Counted from the stretch's first letter, positions 36,431-45,224 are shown. The stretch: 49,574 nucleotides of DNA from a virus (IMGVR_UViG_3300016476_000279:1-49574); one strand, 5' to 3'. The notes: a model not told the origin generated them from the sequence alone. A program made the numbers and translations.

Positions 36431-37552
36431 TTAATCTCCTCTACGAATAATCATTAGAGATTCGGGAGGCCAAACAAACTCATTATGATCTAAAACAATA
36501 CGTGGAGGATCTTCGTAGATATTTTGTAAACGATATTGTTTTCTATCGTCAACGTATTCATTCATCTGTTCAACCCATATATCGTTCTCCTCAGCAAACC
36601 TATCAATAACAACAATATCCCCTATCTTAAATTGATTACCTCTACGATCTAGTAATACAGGGACAGGCCTAGGGTCTCTAAGGAAAGCAGCAGCAAGACG
36701 TGGTTCAATAATAGGATCGGAGTAAGGTAATGATGTTTTAGAAGTACTGTCAGTTTTCTTTCTGCTCTTAAAAGTATAAGGAAGATCTATAGACAAACTG
36801 AAACTACGGCTCATATCGTTATTGATACGAGGGTAATAGAACTTATCTGAGATATCTCCAAGAACAGTATCTATAAATTGCTTAGAAGTCTTTTGAAGAT
36901 ATAGATTATAGATATCTATTGGAGATTCTACATTTTTAGAAAACTCTTTGATACGATGAATAGCTTCAACCCATGTATCTAAAGTTTCTGGGTCTAGCGT
37001 ACCTTTCATAGCCCTAAATTCTAGGCTTCCATACTTTTGCAAAGACTCTAAGTTAATAGAAGCATAACGTATATTGTCGTGTGGAATACGAAGGATATCT
37101 TCAATCTTACCTTTAAACAGGAATGTGAGAATGTCCATAATACCTTCAGCATCTTGTAATCGTAAGCAGAAACGATTACCTCGTCTAGCCTTGCCGCAGT
37201 AAGTTACTAAAGGTTCTTCTAACAACAAGTATGTATATACGGTATTAAGTATCTGATTGTACGAACAATCAGTCATATTCATGTGTACATGAACACTGGT
37301 ACGTGATGAGAAATTTAGTTCTGCATTACGCAATCTATGAGACAACAGATCTAAAGCTTTACGAATCTTATTACGGGGCAGGGGCTTAGTCAAGATATAC
37401 TCTTGAGCCTCCCCTCGTAAAGATCCGTCACGCTCAGTCTTCCATACTTCGTTATTAATAACAACTAGATTCCTACCCTCTACCTCAACTTCAATACCAA
37501 AGTCCCCTGCAACAGGGGCAGCTTTATTCAGAACTTGATATAGCTGTGTCAT
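36431..37552 (-). CDS. Putative amidoligase (glutamine synthetase-like COOH-NH2 ligase)
   Basis: FGIEVEVE, DGSLRG, TSVHVHMN, RYASIN and SLEFRA; start placed at MTQLYQ after GGAG. Confidence 0.85.
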   Translation of the reverse strand: MTQLYQVLNKAAPVAGDFGIEVEVEGRNLVVINNEVWKTERDGSLRGEAQEYILTKPLPRNKIRKALDLLSHRLRNAELNFSSRTSVHVHMNMTDCSYNQILNTVYTYLLLEEPLVTYCGKARRGNRFCLRLQDAEGIMDILTFLFKGKIEDILRIPHDNIRYASINLESLQKYGSLEFRAMKGTLDPETLDTWVEAIHRIKEFSKNVESPIDIYNLYLQKTSKQFIDTVLGDISDKFYYPRINNDMSRSFSLSIDLPYTFKSRKKTDSTSKTSLPYSDPIIEPRLAAAFLRDPRPVPVLLDRRGNQFKIGDIVVIDRFAEENDIWVEQMNEYVDDRKQYRLQNIYEDPPRIVLDHNEFVWPPESLMIIRRGD

Positions 37553-38150
37553 ACTTCTCTCCAAGTAGTTGAATGAGATGTTTGTTTTCTGCATTAAATG
37601 CTAGATCGGAAACTTCTTTAGCATTCCTAGGGACACCTCCCACAATCTTAGTCTTATACCAAAGACGACGACGAGAATCTACAGCAAACTGTCTATCGAA
37701 AGCATAAGCTCCACCTATTTCCTCAGCTAGTGTTGCTGCTTCATCTATAGATGGGTATGCGTTGAACATAGAGTCTGCTAGTTCAGGAGCTTTTAATGAC
37801 ATAAGACGATGTTTAGTCTCTGCTTTACCGGCAGGATAGTTAACTTCTAATGTATTGAATCTGAGATTCTCTACAGTATATCCTACCTTATACTTACGAA
37901 CTGGCATTCTAGTAACATAGACAACAGAGCCAGCAATGTTAACCATACCAATCCTCATAGTAGGAGGCTTGACAGTATTAACACTAAACTTAATCTGCTT
38001 AGATCTTTGTTTAATCAAATCGTAGATAAGCAATGAACGATTACGACCTATAGCTTCTACGTACACAGGCTTGTTCATAAACAAAACAATACTGTTTTGA
38101 TATAGCTGTTGAAGATCTTCGTCTAATACATCATCCATGACATACCTCAA
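37524..38150 (-). CDS. Hypothetical protein within the ligase cluster
   Basis: About 200 aa ORF overlapping both ligase genes. Confidence 0.7.
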   Translation of the reverse strand: MRYVMDDVLDEDLQQLYQNSIVLFMNKPVYVEAIGRNRSLLIYDLIKQRSKQIKFSVNTVKPPTMRIGMVNIAGSVVYVTRMPVRKYKVGYTVENLRFNTLEVNYPAGKAETKHRLMSLKAPELADSMFNAYPSIDEAATLAEEIGGAYAFDRQFAVDSRRRLWYKTKIVGGVPRNAKEVSDLAFNAENKHLIQLLGEKYDTAISSSE

Positions 38151-38928
38151 GATTTTCTGCTTTAATAATCTTCATGGCTTCTTTAACATTACTAGTGTTA
38201 ATTATTTTCTGAATGTCTCCATACTTAGTGTACAAAGCTTTCCCATTCATAATATCTCGAACACCACGAGTTGTTGCACGAAACACCCATTTGATTAGCT
38301 CAGGAGAGTTTAGCCAAACATTTGAGAGAGTACGATACTCTACACCGTAAGGCTTAGGGCGGTATGCACCAGCTTTGCCATACATACTACGGCGACGAGT
38401 GTCGGTATCGTATACAAGGCTAGGCAAACCAAGGTAAAAATCCATTTGTTTAGCAACGGCTTCACACCTCTCTACATGGTCTAAGGATTGGACATCTTCA
38501 TCGCTAGACCAGCCGATATGAACATGTCCACTAGCGGTACGCATAGGACGATCTCCGTCCGGACGGTCATTGGCTTTACGTTCCCATGCGTTATAGTCAG
38601 GATCGCAACCTAGCTCTAGTGCTGCAGCAGGCTGTGACTTAAGATAATCCATAGAGAAATCTGCTACAGGAACCGCTACAACTTCATAGTCTGGAACCAT
38701 AAGCTTCATGGTGTTAAGAACGTCCTGCACATTGATACAGAACTCGTCCTCATTGTCTGTAGGGTCGATGTTAAATTCAAGAGCCATGCCATCAACTTGA
38801 ACCGCACCTCGATTTACTTTTTGAGGATTCTTTTTATCTCCTGCAATAAGTCCGTAAGCAGATTTAAATACACCGCCTTGCTTAACGAACACTTCAGGGT
38901 CACAGCCAACTAGAATTTTAGGTTGCAT
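38131..38928 (-). CDS. phiEco32-like COOH-NH2 ligase type 2
   Basis: VGCDPEVF, QVDGMALEFNI, GCDPD, SGHVHIG, RRSMYGKAG and KPYGVEYRTLSN. Confidence 0.9.
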   Translation of the reverse strand: MQPKILVGCDPEVFVKQGGVFKSAYGLIAGDKKNPQKVNRGAVQVDGMALEFNIDPTDNEDEFCINVQDVLNTMKLMVPDYEVVAVPVADFSMDYLKSQPAAALELGCDPDYNAWERKANDRPDGDRPMRTASGHVHIGWSSDEDVQSLDHVERCEAVAKQMDFYLGLPSLVYDTDTRRRSMYGKAGAYRPKPYGVEYRTLSNVWLNSPELIKWVFRATTRGVRDIMNGKALYTKYGDIQKIINTSNVKEAMKIIKAENLEVCHG

Positions 38929-38937
38929 AATATTCTC

Positions 38938-40218
38938 CTATCTTAGACTAACGTATTGCGTTATGTTATCGTCTGCTGCACAAGACGGACATAAGCACTC
39001 ATTCTCAGTAGTGAATCTGTTATCTTCTTCTGCAAACAATCCAGATGCACACCAAGCACAGGATTTATAAACACTCTCCCATGTCTTTTTATCAACAAGC
39101 TTTCCAAATGATGTAAGATATTGTTGTGGTTCAACACTTTCATAAGCAAGTTTAACCGTCCAAGGGCTAACCTTATAATACTGCTCACCGTTAGGCATAC
39201 TTATAGATGCGCTGATGTCTCCGTATATATCCTCTCCTACAAGGTCAACTATAGGGTCTTTAGGGCGATGATATAGTCGTATCTTTACAGCAGGATGTTT
39301 CTTATCAAAGCAAGCAATATAATCGCTACCGTGTTCGTCACGGTTAATGCTTAGGGTTTCAAGCAAAACTTCCTTACTGTTAATGTATGGAGTCCCCGTA
39401 GATGAGCTTTCGGAAACTCCCTGCTGCTTTTTTAGTGGGGTCTCCTCCTTCTTAAACTTATCTTGTTGCTTAGGGAACAACGGAACAGTATTACTAGGAG
39501 GGGGTTGTACGAAATAAGAAGGAGCTTTACATTTATTTAGATGAGGCTTAAGAATCTTACCACTTCCGTCAACGTGCATGGAATAGTGGATATCTTCTTG
39601 AAAAGATACGGGGGTTGTATGTTTAATACCAGCACGTCCTACAGCAGCATACAACATCCAAGATTCAGAAGCCCAGAACAATACCTTCTCATCTTCTGAT
39701 GAACAAAAGAAGAGAGGACGTTCTTCGTTACGAAGGAAGTTTAGAGTTTCTTCTACCTTATCCCACCATACCAAAGCCCAAGCACCATCTGAAAGTTTGA
39801 TTGTTTCTTGTAGACCCTTCTTGTCAATGTGATTGTACATTGCCTCGCTGTCAACATCAAAGTCTTTGGAATCTTCATACTTCCATTTACTTTTAAGAGT
39901 GCCATTGTGAACACCTACCAATGTAGGAAATTCAAAGGGATGAGCATTACGGCGTGTAACATTTCCTGTAGTTGCATATCGGTTATGTCCGATAAGAACC
40001 CTGCTCATGTGTTTAGTGGCATGTGTAAAAGATTTCCTATCAAATAGTTGGAAAGGATCTCCAACCTCTTTGGCAGTACGAACTTCTCCGCTTGCTTTTC
40101 CTATTGAAGCAATCCCTGTACTATCTTCTCCTCGCAGAGAGTCTAGTACCAATAATGTTCTAAATACTTTCTCGTGCTGGACTGTTAGCTCTCCAGCCAT
40201 TCCTACGATGCCGCACAT
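38938..40218 (-). CDS. Class II (Ntn) glutamine amidotransferase with C-terminal Cys cluster
   Basis: MCGIVG, RGEDSTG, HNRYAT, NAHPF, HNG and DSE; C-terminal CAWC...CLCPSC. Confidence 0.92.
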   Translation of the reverse strand: MCGIVGMAGELTVQHEKVFRTLLVLDSLRGEDSTGIASIGKASGEVRTAKEVGDPFQLFDRKSFTHATKHMSRVLIGHNRYATTGNVTRRNAHPFEFPTLVGVHNGTLKSKWKYEDSKDFDVDSEAMYNHIDKKGLQETIKLSDGAWALVWWDKVEETLNFLRNEERPLFFCSSEDEKVLFWASESWMLYAAVGRAGIKHTTPVSFQEDIHYSMHVDGSGKILKPHLNKCKAPSYFVQPPPSNTVPLFPKQQDKFKKEETPLKKQQGVSESSSTGTPYINSKEVLLETLSINRDEHGSDYIACFDKKHPAVKIRLYHRPKDPIVDLVGEDIYGDISASISMPNGEQYYKVSPWTVKLAYESVEPQQYLTSFGKLVDKKTWESVYKSCAWCASGLFAEEDNRFTTENECLCPSCAADDNITQYVSLR

Positions 40219-40220
40219 AA

Positions 40221-40907
40221 TTACCCTTTCAAATATTTCTTGATTGCTCTACTAGATTCAGCAGTCAATATAGGTGAGGAGTTAGCTTCAAGTATTACGA
40301 ACTTAGTCTGAGACTTAGCTAATACATCAAAGCCAACATAGTCTATGTCAAGAGCTTCAGCACCTTTGATACAAGCTTCATCAATGTGAGCAAATCCCTC
40401 TTTACGTACAGGCTCTAGTAACCACTCCTTTTTATGTCTGCGTTTAACGTATCTTCCAACTACTTTCCCCATAAATACGACGATACGGAATTCGTGTTTA
40501 TGGTAATACACTTGTGTATATAGTTCTGCTTCAGGAACAGCATCGCCCTGATATACATAATCTATATCTTGAGCTTGAGCACCTTTCCTGCTTTTACGAA
40601 TAGCTATTTGATCCCAGTGCTCAGGAATATTAGCAGGATTGTCAGTATATTCAGGATGAGGAACTCCCGCTTCAGCAAAGGCTTTGAATGTTTTAATCTT
40701 GTCAATACATTTACTTACAGCCAAAGACTTATTGACAATACGATTACATTTAATCTTACGATTGCATCCGTAATTAAACAATAGGTCGTACTCTCTGTAG
40801 TCTCTACGAGCAGACTTATAAGGATTAATAGTATCTGCTTTGATAAGAGCTGCTAGTTCTTCAGCAGATTCCTTACCAATTTCAGGATGAAGGATACATA
40901 CTTTCAT
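40221..40907 (-). CDS. ATP-grasp ligase (RimK-like)
   Basis: DKIKTF, EFRIVV, YVGFDV and ILEANSSP. Confidence 0.82.
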   Translation of the reverse strand: MKVCILHPEIGKESAEELAALIKADTINPYKSARRDYREYDLLFNYGCNRKIKCNRIVNKSLAVSKCIDKIKTFKAFAEAGVPHPEYTDNPANIPEHWDQIAIRKSRKGAQAQDIDYVYQGDAVPEAELYTQVYYHKHEFRIVVFMGKVVGRYVKRRHKKEWLLEPVRKEGFAHIDEACIKGAEALDIDYVGFDVLAKSQTKFVILEANSSPILTAESSRAIKKYLKG

Positions 40908-40917
40908 GTTGTCCTCT

Positions 40918-41118
40918 TTATAAATTGGTTTGAGAGTCTATTAGAACTTGTGTGAGATGATTTTTCATATTTCTTGCTACATTAATAATTTGAGCAGGAT
41001 GATTAATCACATTATTCGCTACATTCTCAAGTATCCACATAAATTGATCTAATTGATCTTGAGTTTCAAGAACAATTGTCACAGGTCTATACTCAGCATT
41101 GGCAACTGTAATTCTCAT
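40918..41118 (-). CDS. Hypothetical protein
   Basis: 66 aa with GAGGA RBS and ATGA overlap. Confidence 0.6.
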   Translation of the reverse strand: MRITVANAEYRPVTIVLETQDQLDQFMWILENVANNVINHPAQIINVARNMKNHLTQVLIDSQTNL

Positions 41119-41339
41119 GTTGTCCTCTTAGGATTGGTATATCTAAGATCAATAGGATTGTGTATATATTGATAAGCACCTTTACTGAATGGTATTTGTA
41201 CCATACTTTGTTTACGACGAATCTCAATACGAGAATCTGCCTCACCACAATCTAGGCATAGGCGATAGCCTAAGTTAATTCTTTGATAATTAACAAGAGT
41301 GCCGCATTGTGGGCATGGTTTATCGCTGGTGCAAATCAT
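41115..41339 (-). CDS. C4 zinc-finger protein (DksA/TraR-finger-like)
   Basis: CPQC-x15-CLDC with an internal Arg. Confidence 0.55.
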   Translation of the reverse strand: MICTSDKPCPQCGTLVNYQRINLGYRLCLDCGEADSRIEIRRKQSMVQIPFSKGAYQYIHNPIDLRYTNPKRTT

Positions 41340-41349
41340 GATACCGTCC

Positions 41350-41967
41350 TTATTTTACATTAAGATACTTTTCTAACAAGGTCTTAAAGTATTGTTTCAT
41401 TGGCAAATATCTGTCAGCCCTAAATTCAGGGTGAGGCTGAAAACATAGACACCTAGTTCGGTCATAAAATACCACCTCTGTATCTAATTCGGAAACATCT
41501 CGCCTAGCTATTTGTCCGTCATACCATTCCCTAGTCCCGCCAATAGTGCTAGAAGCCACTAGAACGCCCTCAGAGCTCATCATCATCATCTGGTGATGGG
41601 TAGATGACACTAGCACTATTTCGCCCGTTGTAGCGTCTGTAATCTCATGGTCTGCTGTATGCCCTGACACATGCTGATACATACGTCCGCCATTCATGAC
41701 ATTTAGGAATTGACCGCCCCTACAAATACCAACCATGGGAATCTGTTTAGACAATGCTATCTTGTATAGATCTGCCTCGTCTACATCTCTGACAATGTTA
41801 TTATAAGTATAAGGATGCTTATTGTCTCCGTAGAGTTTAGGGGATACATCCTCACCACCAGTAAAGCAGACAAGATCAGCATAATGCACATCGCCCACAA
41901 GAGAATGCCCGAAAGAACGGAACAGTTCATCATAATCTGCATCTCCTCCAATTATACGAACTTTCAT
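41350..41967 (-). CDS. Class I glutamine amidotransferase / peptidase C26-like
   Basis: TGGEDVSP, GICRGGQFLNV, STHHQ and FQPHPE (Cys-His-Glu triad). Confidence 0.92.
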   Translation of the reverse strand: MKVRIIGGDADYDELFRSFGHSLVGDVHYADLVCFTGGEDVSPKLYGDNKHPYTYNNIVRDVDEADLYKIALSKQIPMVGICRGGQFLNVMNGGRMYQHVSGHTADHEITDATTGEIVLVSSTHHQMMMMSSEGVLVASSTIGGTREWYDGQIARRDVSELDTEVVFYDRTRCLCFQPHPEFRADRYLPMKQYFKTLLEKYLNVK

Positions 41968-43040
41968 GCTGCTTTCCTTTTTGCTATTTTAGCATCAATA
42001 AGTTTAGCTAGATTAACAAGCTGGTCAAACTCAACTACGCTTATAGTTCTCCATCCTTCCCCTCTTTTTTCTGGCTTGATGTTGTCAGAAATAAAATCAC
42101 CTATACTTTGTTGTTTAGATTTATAAAGAACCTTAGCAGCAGATTCAAATATTGAATATTCGTTTGCGTATTCTTTAGCAGGGGGCTTATTAACAGAGAA
42201 TCCTTCGGCAAAGAACTTGATTAAACCTTTTAGATCATTGTCATAAGTGAGTGCATTATGCCCATTGCCCCATGCCCTACGAGAGAATGCTTTTAGTTTA
42301 TCTTCATAGGAAAAGGAACACGATACAAGGTATGCAGCATCTTCGCTAATATCTTTAATCTTTCTTAGTTTATTGAAAACAATTAGCTTATCAGCAAACT
42401 CCGTTCCTTCTCGTAAGGCTATTGCCGAACTAACAATCTCACTTAACGATCTGTTAGTATCGAAAGGCAAACCATATCGCATAGCCATTCCGATAGAGTG
42501 GTATTTAAATACACTAGACCAAGGGCTACGTTTGAGAATGTATTCAGCGTATGGTTTCCAGTCTTTAATCGAAACACCCTTACCTGAATTCTTTAAGTCA
42601 TGCTCCACTCTAGTTAAATCTACAACAAATTCAGATATACCTTCTCTATAGCGTCGAGAAGATGCAAAACAGATATCGTTAATACGATAGACAGGCTCTC
42701 CCTTGTTAGGAAGGATAGCATATGAACAAAGGTTTTGTATTACTTTGGTTTTGCTTAATTGTTTTTTGAATGAAGCTTTAAAAGACTTAATCTTTGGAGC
42801 TTGTTTCCTCTTGATCTTTTTACCCTTTACCAATATAGGACTGAGACATTCGGAGAGATAGATATATCCGTTATCAAGATCGTAACAATCCTCTATTCCG
42901 GGATACAATCGGACTACAGTGTACTCTTTGTTATCGTTAAGGAAACTCTCCATATAAACAGACCAGTTCATAGTCCGATCACCTGAATTCTCTACCTTAT
43001 TGACAATAAAAACCTTGTCTCCGGGCTTAAACTTAAACAT
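41964..43040 (-). CDS. Hypothetical protein heading the ligase cluster
   Basis: 358 aa; GGAGG RBS; N-terminal FKPGDKV domain. Confidence 0.75.
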   Translation of the reverse strand: MFKFKPGDKVFIVNKVENSGDRTMNWSVYMESFLNDNKEYTVVRLYPGIEDCYDLDNGYIYLSECLSPILVKGKKIKRKQAPKIKSFKASFKKQLSKTKVIQNLCSYAILPNKGEPVYRINDICFASSRRYREGISEFVVDLTRVEHDLKNSGKGVSIKDWKPYAEYILKRSPWSSVFKYHSIGMAMRYGLPFDTNRSLSEIVSSAIALREGTEFADKLIVFNKLRKIKDISEDAAYLVSCSFSYEDKLKAFSRRAWGNGHNALTYDNDLKGLIKFFAEGFSVNKPPAKEYANEYSIFESAAKVLYKSKQQSIGDFISDNIKPEKRGEGWRTISVVEFDQLVNLAKLIDAKIAKRKAA

Positions 43041-43054
43041 TTTAGTACCTCCAA

Positions 43055-43082
43055 TGTCTACAATTGGTCAAAAAAAGGGTAT
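43055..43082 (+). promoter_or_regulatory. Candidate phage-sigma promoter, copy 3 (antisense to the early region)
   Basis: 43053-43082 matches 6404-6433 at 26 of 30 positions. Confidence 0.7.
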
Positions 43083-43327
43083 TACTCTGTATAGTAAATA
43101 CATACGAGTTCACCGTATGGATAAAGCATACGATTTAATTAGAAATATAAGTATTAATAACTATCTATATTATTTCTTATATTAATTCATAAGTACTTCT
43201 TATTTCATAAGTATACTTATGCAGTGATTATAGCATAATTCTAAACGCGGGAACTATGTCCCTCACTCTATTAGCGAGGGACATTTAGTTCCTCACACGT
43301 TCCTAGATTATTCCGTAAGGTAGTACG

Positions 43328-43519
43328 TTACCGTAAGCATCCTTCGGACATAAGCTTACGCATAGTCTTTTGACTAGCATTAATAGACCATCCCCTGCCT
43401 ACAGGCAGAGTACCTGCTTTCGTTGAAAGCACATTAACGATCATATCCGTCAGCTTCGACTGACGTATTACTTTGCAATTCATAAAAGAATCACGCATAT
43501 TTGTATTGATACGGTTCAT
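43328..43519 (-). CDS. Hypothetical early protein
   Basis: 63 aa with AAGGA RBS. Confidence 0.55.
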   Translation of the reverse strand: MNRINTNMRDSFMNCKVIRQSKLTDMIVNVLSTKAGTLPVGRGWSINASQKTMRKLMSEGCLR

Positions 43520-43523
43520 TGTA

Positions 43524-43709
43524 TTATCCTTTTCGGTTCATTGATTGAAGATATTGTTTTGCGTTATCAAGTTTCCCTGAATATATGTCGGAGACGTTAA
43601 GTTCGTCCCTCAGAGATTCCCAGCGATCTTGATTAAGCCTGTCAACGTAGCAGTCAAACCATATATACAGCATGGCAAGAATTGACATAATGATAAATAT
43701 AATAATCAT
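43524..43709 (-). CDS. Small early membrane protein
   Basis: GGAG RBS; N-terminal hydrophobic helix. Confidence 0.6.
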   Translation of the reverse strand: MIIIFIIMSILAMLYIWFDCYVDRLNQDRWESLRDELNVSDIYSGKLDNAKQYLQSMNRKG

Positions 43710-43784
43710 TGGAAATTCTCCGAAAGTATGGACGGAATAATGCCTGCCGCATGGCGTCAGTAGTAAATCGTGATACCGGAATTT

Positions 43785-43810
43785 AAAAAAATAGGGGCAC
43801 GAAGCCCCTA
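43785..43810 (-). terminator. Intrinsic terminator in the early region
   Basis: The minus strand reads TAGGGGC-TTCGT-GCCCCTA followed by seven T. Confidence 0.85.
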
Positions 43811-43831
43811 AATTTATTACGATAATTGAAT

Positions 43832-43984
43832 TTATACTAATTCGAATCCGCGTTTAAAACAATGATATTGTTTTTGCTTATATGTTAGTGAATCCCAGTG
43901 TTTAGGAATTTTCACTACTAGAATCCCGAAAGTGAATAGTCCTCTGATTCCTGATTGAGTTATTCCTTCGCTAACTTTTTGCAT
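43832..43984 (-). CDS. Hypothetical early protein (50 aa, not in the ORF track)
   Basis: MQKVSEGITQSGIRGLFTFGILVVKIPKHWDSL...; GGAG RBS; ends just before the terminator. Confidence 0.55.
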   Translation of the reverse strand: MQKVSEGITQSGIRGLFTFGILVVKIPKHWDSLTYKQKQYHCFKRGFELV

Positions 43985-44012
43985 GGCGTTCTCCGAATTA
44001 GTTAAATATTAA

Positions 44013-44597
44013 TTACTCGTCGAAAGATTCTTGTACGATGCCGTCGAGAACCATAACTTTTTGTTCCACTTCGACAAGCTTATCCATTGCTTTAGTGATT
44101 GCCTCAATATCAATTCCTGACGAAAACACTTGAATCAAGATATCTACGTCTGAATAGCCGTTTTTCTCCGCTTTCTTTAGGGCGGAAGTAAAATACTTTC
44201 CTACGGCATTTATATCGAAAGGGCGAGCAACAATATCTACATTCTGTTCAGCCCATGTCCAGATGTTGTTATGCGGATCTGTAAGGAATTCGAGAGCTTG
44301 TGCTTTTGTATCTTCATAAGCTTTCTTATTTTTCTTACCGAAAGCTTGTGCCTCTTTCGAGAATGTAAAGCCTGAGAATGCCTTGAAATATTCAATGGCA
44401 ACTCGCTTATTAACAGGTGACAATGACTGAATAACTCGATTCACATAACTAATATCTTCGGTAAAGAATAACACTTCGAGAACAGAGCGAGACATATCGC
44501 GGAGTATCTGCTTAGTTGTCTTTTCGCTAGTTGTTAGTGTCTCGATAGCATTGTCGAAAGATGCATCGAAAGCTTTTTTGTCAAACTCTTTAATCAT
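44013..44597 (-). CDS. First early gene, hypothetical protein
   Basis: 194 aa with GGAG RBS; first substantial ORF of the leftward arm. Confidence 0.8.
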   Translation of the reverse strand: MIKEFDKKAFDASFDNAIETLTTSEKTTKQILRDMSRSVLEVLFFTEDISYVNRVIQSLSPVNKRVAIEYFKAFSGFTFSKEAQAFGKKNKKAYEDTKAQALEFLTDPHNNIWTWAEQNVDIVARPFDINAVGKYFTSALKKAEKNGYSDVDILIQVFSSGIDIEAITKAMDKLVEVEQKVMVLDGIVQESFDE

Positions 44598-44848
44598 GAT
44601 TTTCTCCGTTATTAAAAAGGGAATACCGTGTCGAAATTGACACGGAATAGCCCACTGTCACTAGGCTAAACCTTACCAATTTCAAGGTAAGCAATTATTA
44701 ATAGACTATTGATAAATCGTGATACCGCTTAGGGAATGGAATAATGCTATGCAATGCGCTCAGTATGCTAAGCGCATGAGGGAAGATTATTTGTTAGCCA
44801 AGCGATAACAGGATATATCGCATACTGGTCTAATTAATAATTGTCTGA

Positions 44849-44861
44849 ATTGTTAAAGAAT
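44849..44861 (-). promoter_or_regulatory. boxA-like antitermination element
   Basis: The minus strand reads ATTCTTTAACAAT, compared with rrn boxA TGCTCTTTAACA. Confidence 0.5.
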
Positions 44862-44948
44862 CCCGAATAATAGATTGCAATTATTGCATTCAGTCTAAGA
44901 ATGCCTTCCCTCGCCATAATAAAACCCATGTTATCGAAGTAACTATGC

Positions 44949-44964
44949 TGGCACGATTCTTGCT
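44949..44964 (+). promoter_or_regulatory. Sigma54 -24/-12 motif, rightward
   Basis: TGGCACGATTCTTGCT matches TGGCACG-N4-TTGCW with GG-N10-GC spacing. Confidence 0.7.
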
Positions 44965-45088
44965 TTGGAGTTTTCTTTTTAGTAATTTCGGCATACCTAG
45001 ATTACTAATTAGAAACGCGACACGAAAGCAGACAGTCAGCATCAATACTTCGCACAGGTATTAACCCTGCAAGTTTATCTATTATCAG

Positions 45089-45102
45089 ATTTTTAACGAA
45101 CA
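45089..45102 (-). promoter_or_regulatory. boxA-like element downstream of a hairpin
   Basis: The minus strand reads TGTTCGTTAAAAAT, preceded by the hairpin GCAAGG...CCTTGC at 45118-45137. Confidence 0.45.
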
Positions 45103-45151
45103 CTGGTTACTGCAATGGCAAGGGCGTTATGCCTTGCTATGTCGGACACAA

Positions 45152-45167
45152 TGCAAACATTATGCCA
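45152..45167 (-). promoter_or_regulatory. Sigma54 -24/-12 motif, leftward (proximal)
   Basis: The minus strand reads TGGCATAATGTTTGCA, with GG-N10-GC spacing. Confidence 0.65.
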
Positions 45168-45208
45168 GACTGCCCTAAGCGTTTTGTTAGCGGCAATGCC
45201 TCAGTATA

Positions 45209-45224
45209 TGCAAGCCGCATGCCA
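45209..45224 (-). promoter_or_regulatory. Sigma54 -24/-12 motif, leftward (distal)
   Basis: The minus strand reads TGGCATGCGGCTTGCA, with GG-N10-GC spacing. Confidence 0.65.

Noticed and set aside
43835-43860. TTCGAATCC resembling a tRNA T-loop
   Set aside because: No cloverleaf can be formed around it and it lies within a small ORF. I saw no tRNA in the window, but did not run a scan.
45117-45135. Fourth sigma54-like motif on the minus strand (AGGCATAACGCCCTTGC)
   Set aside because: GG-to-GC spacing is 12 rather than 10; it is better explained as a hairpin.
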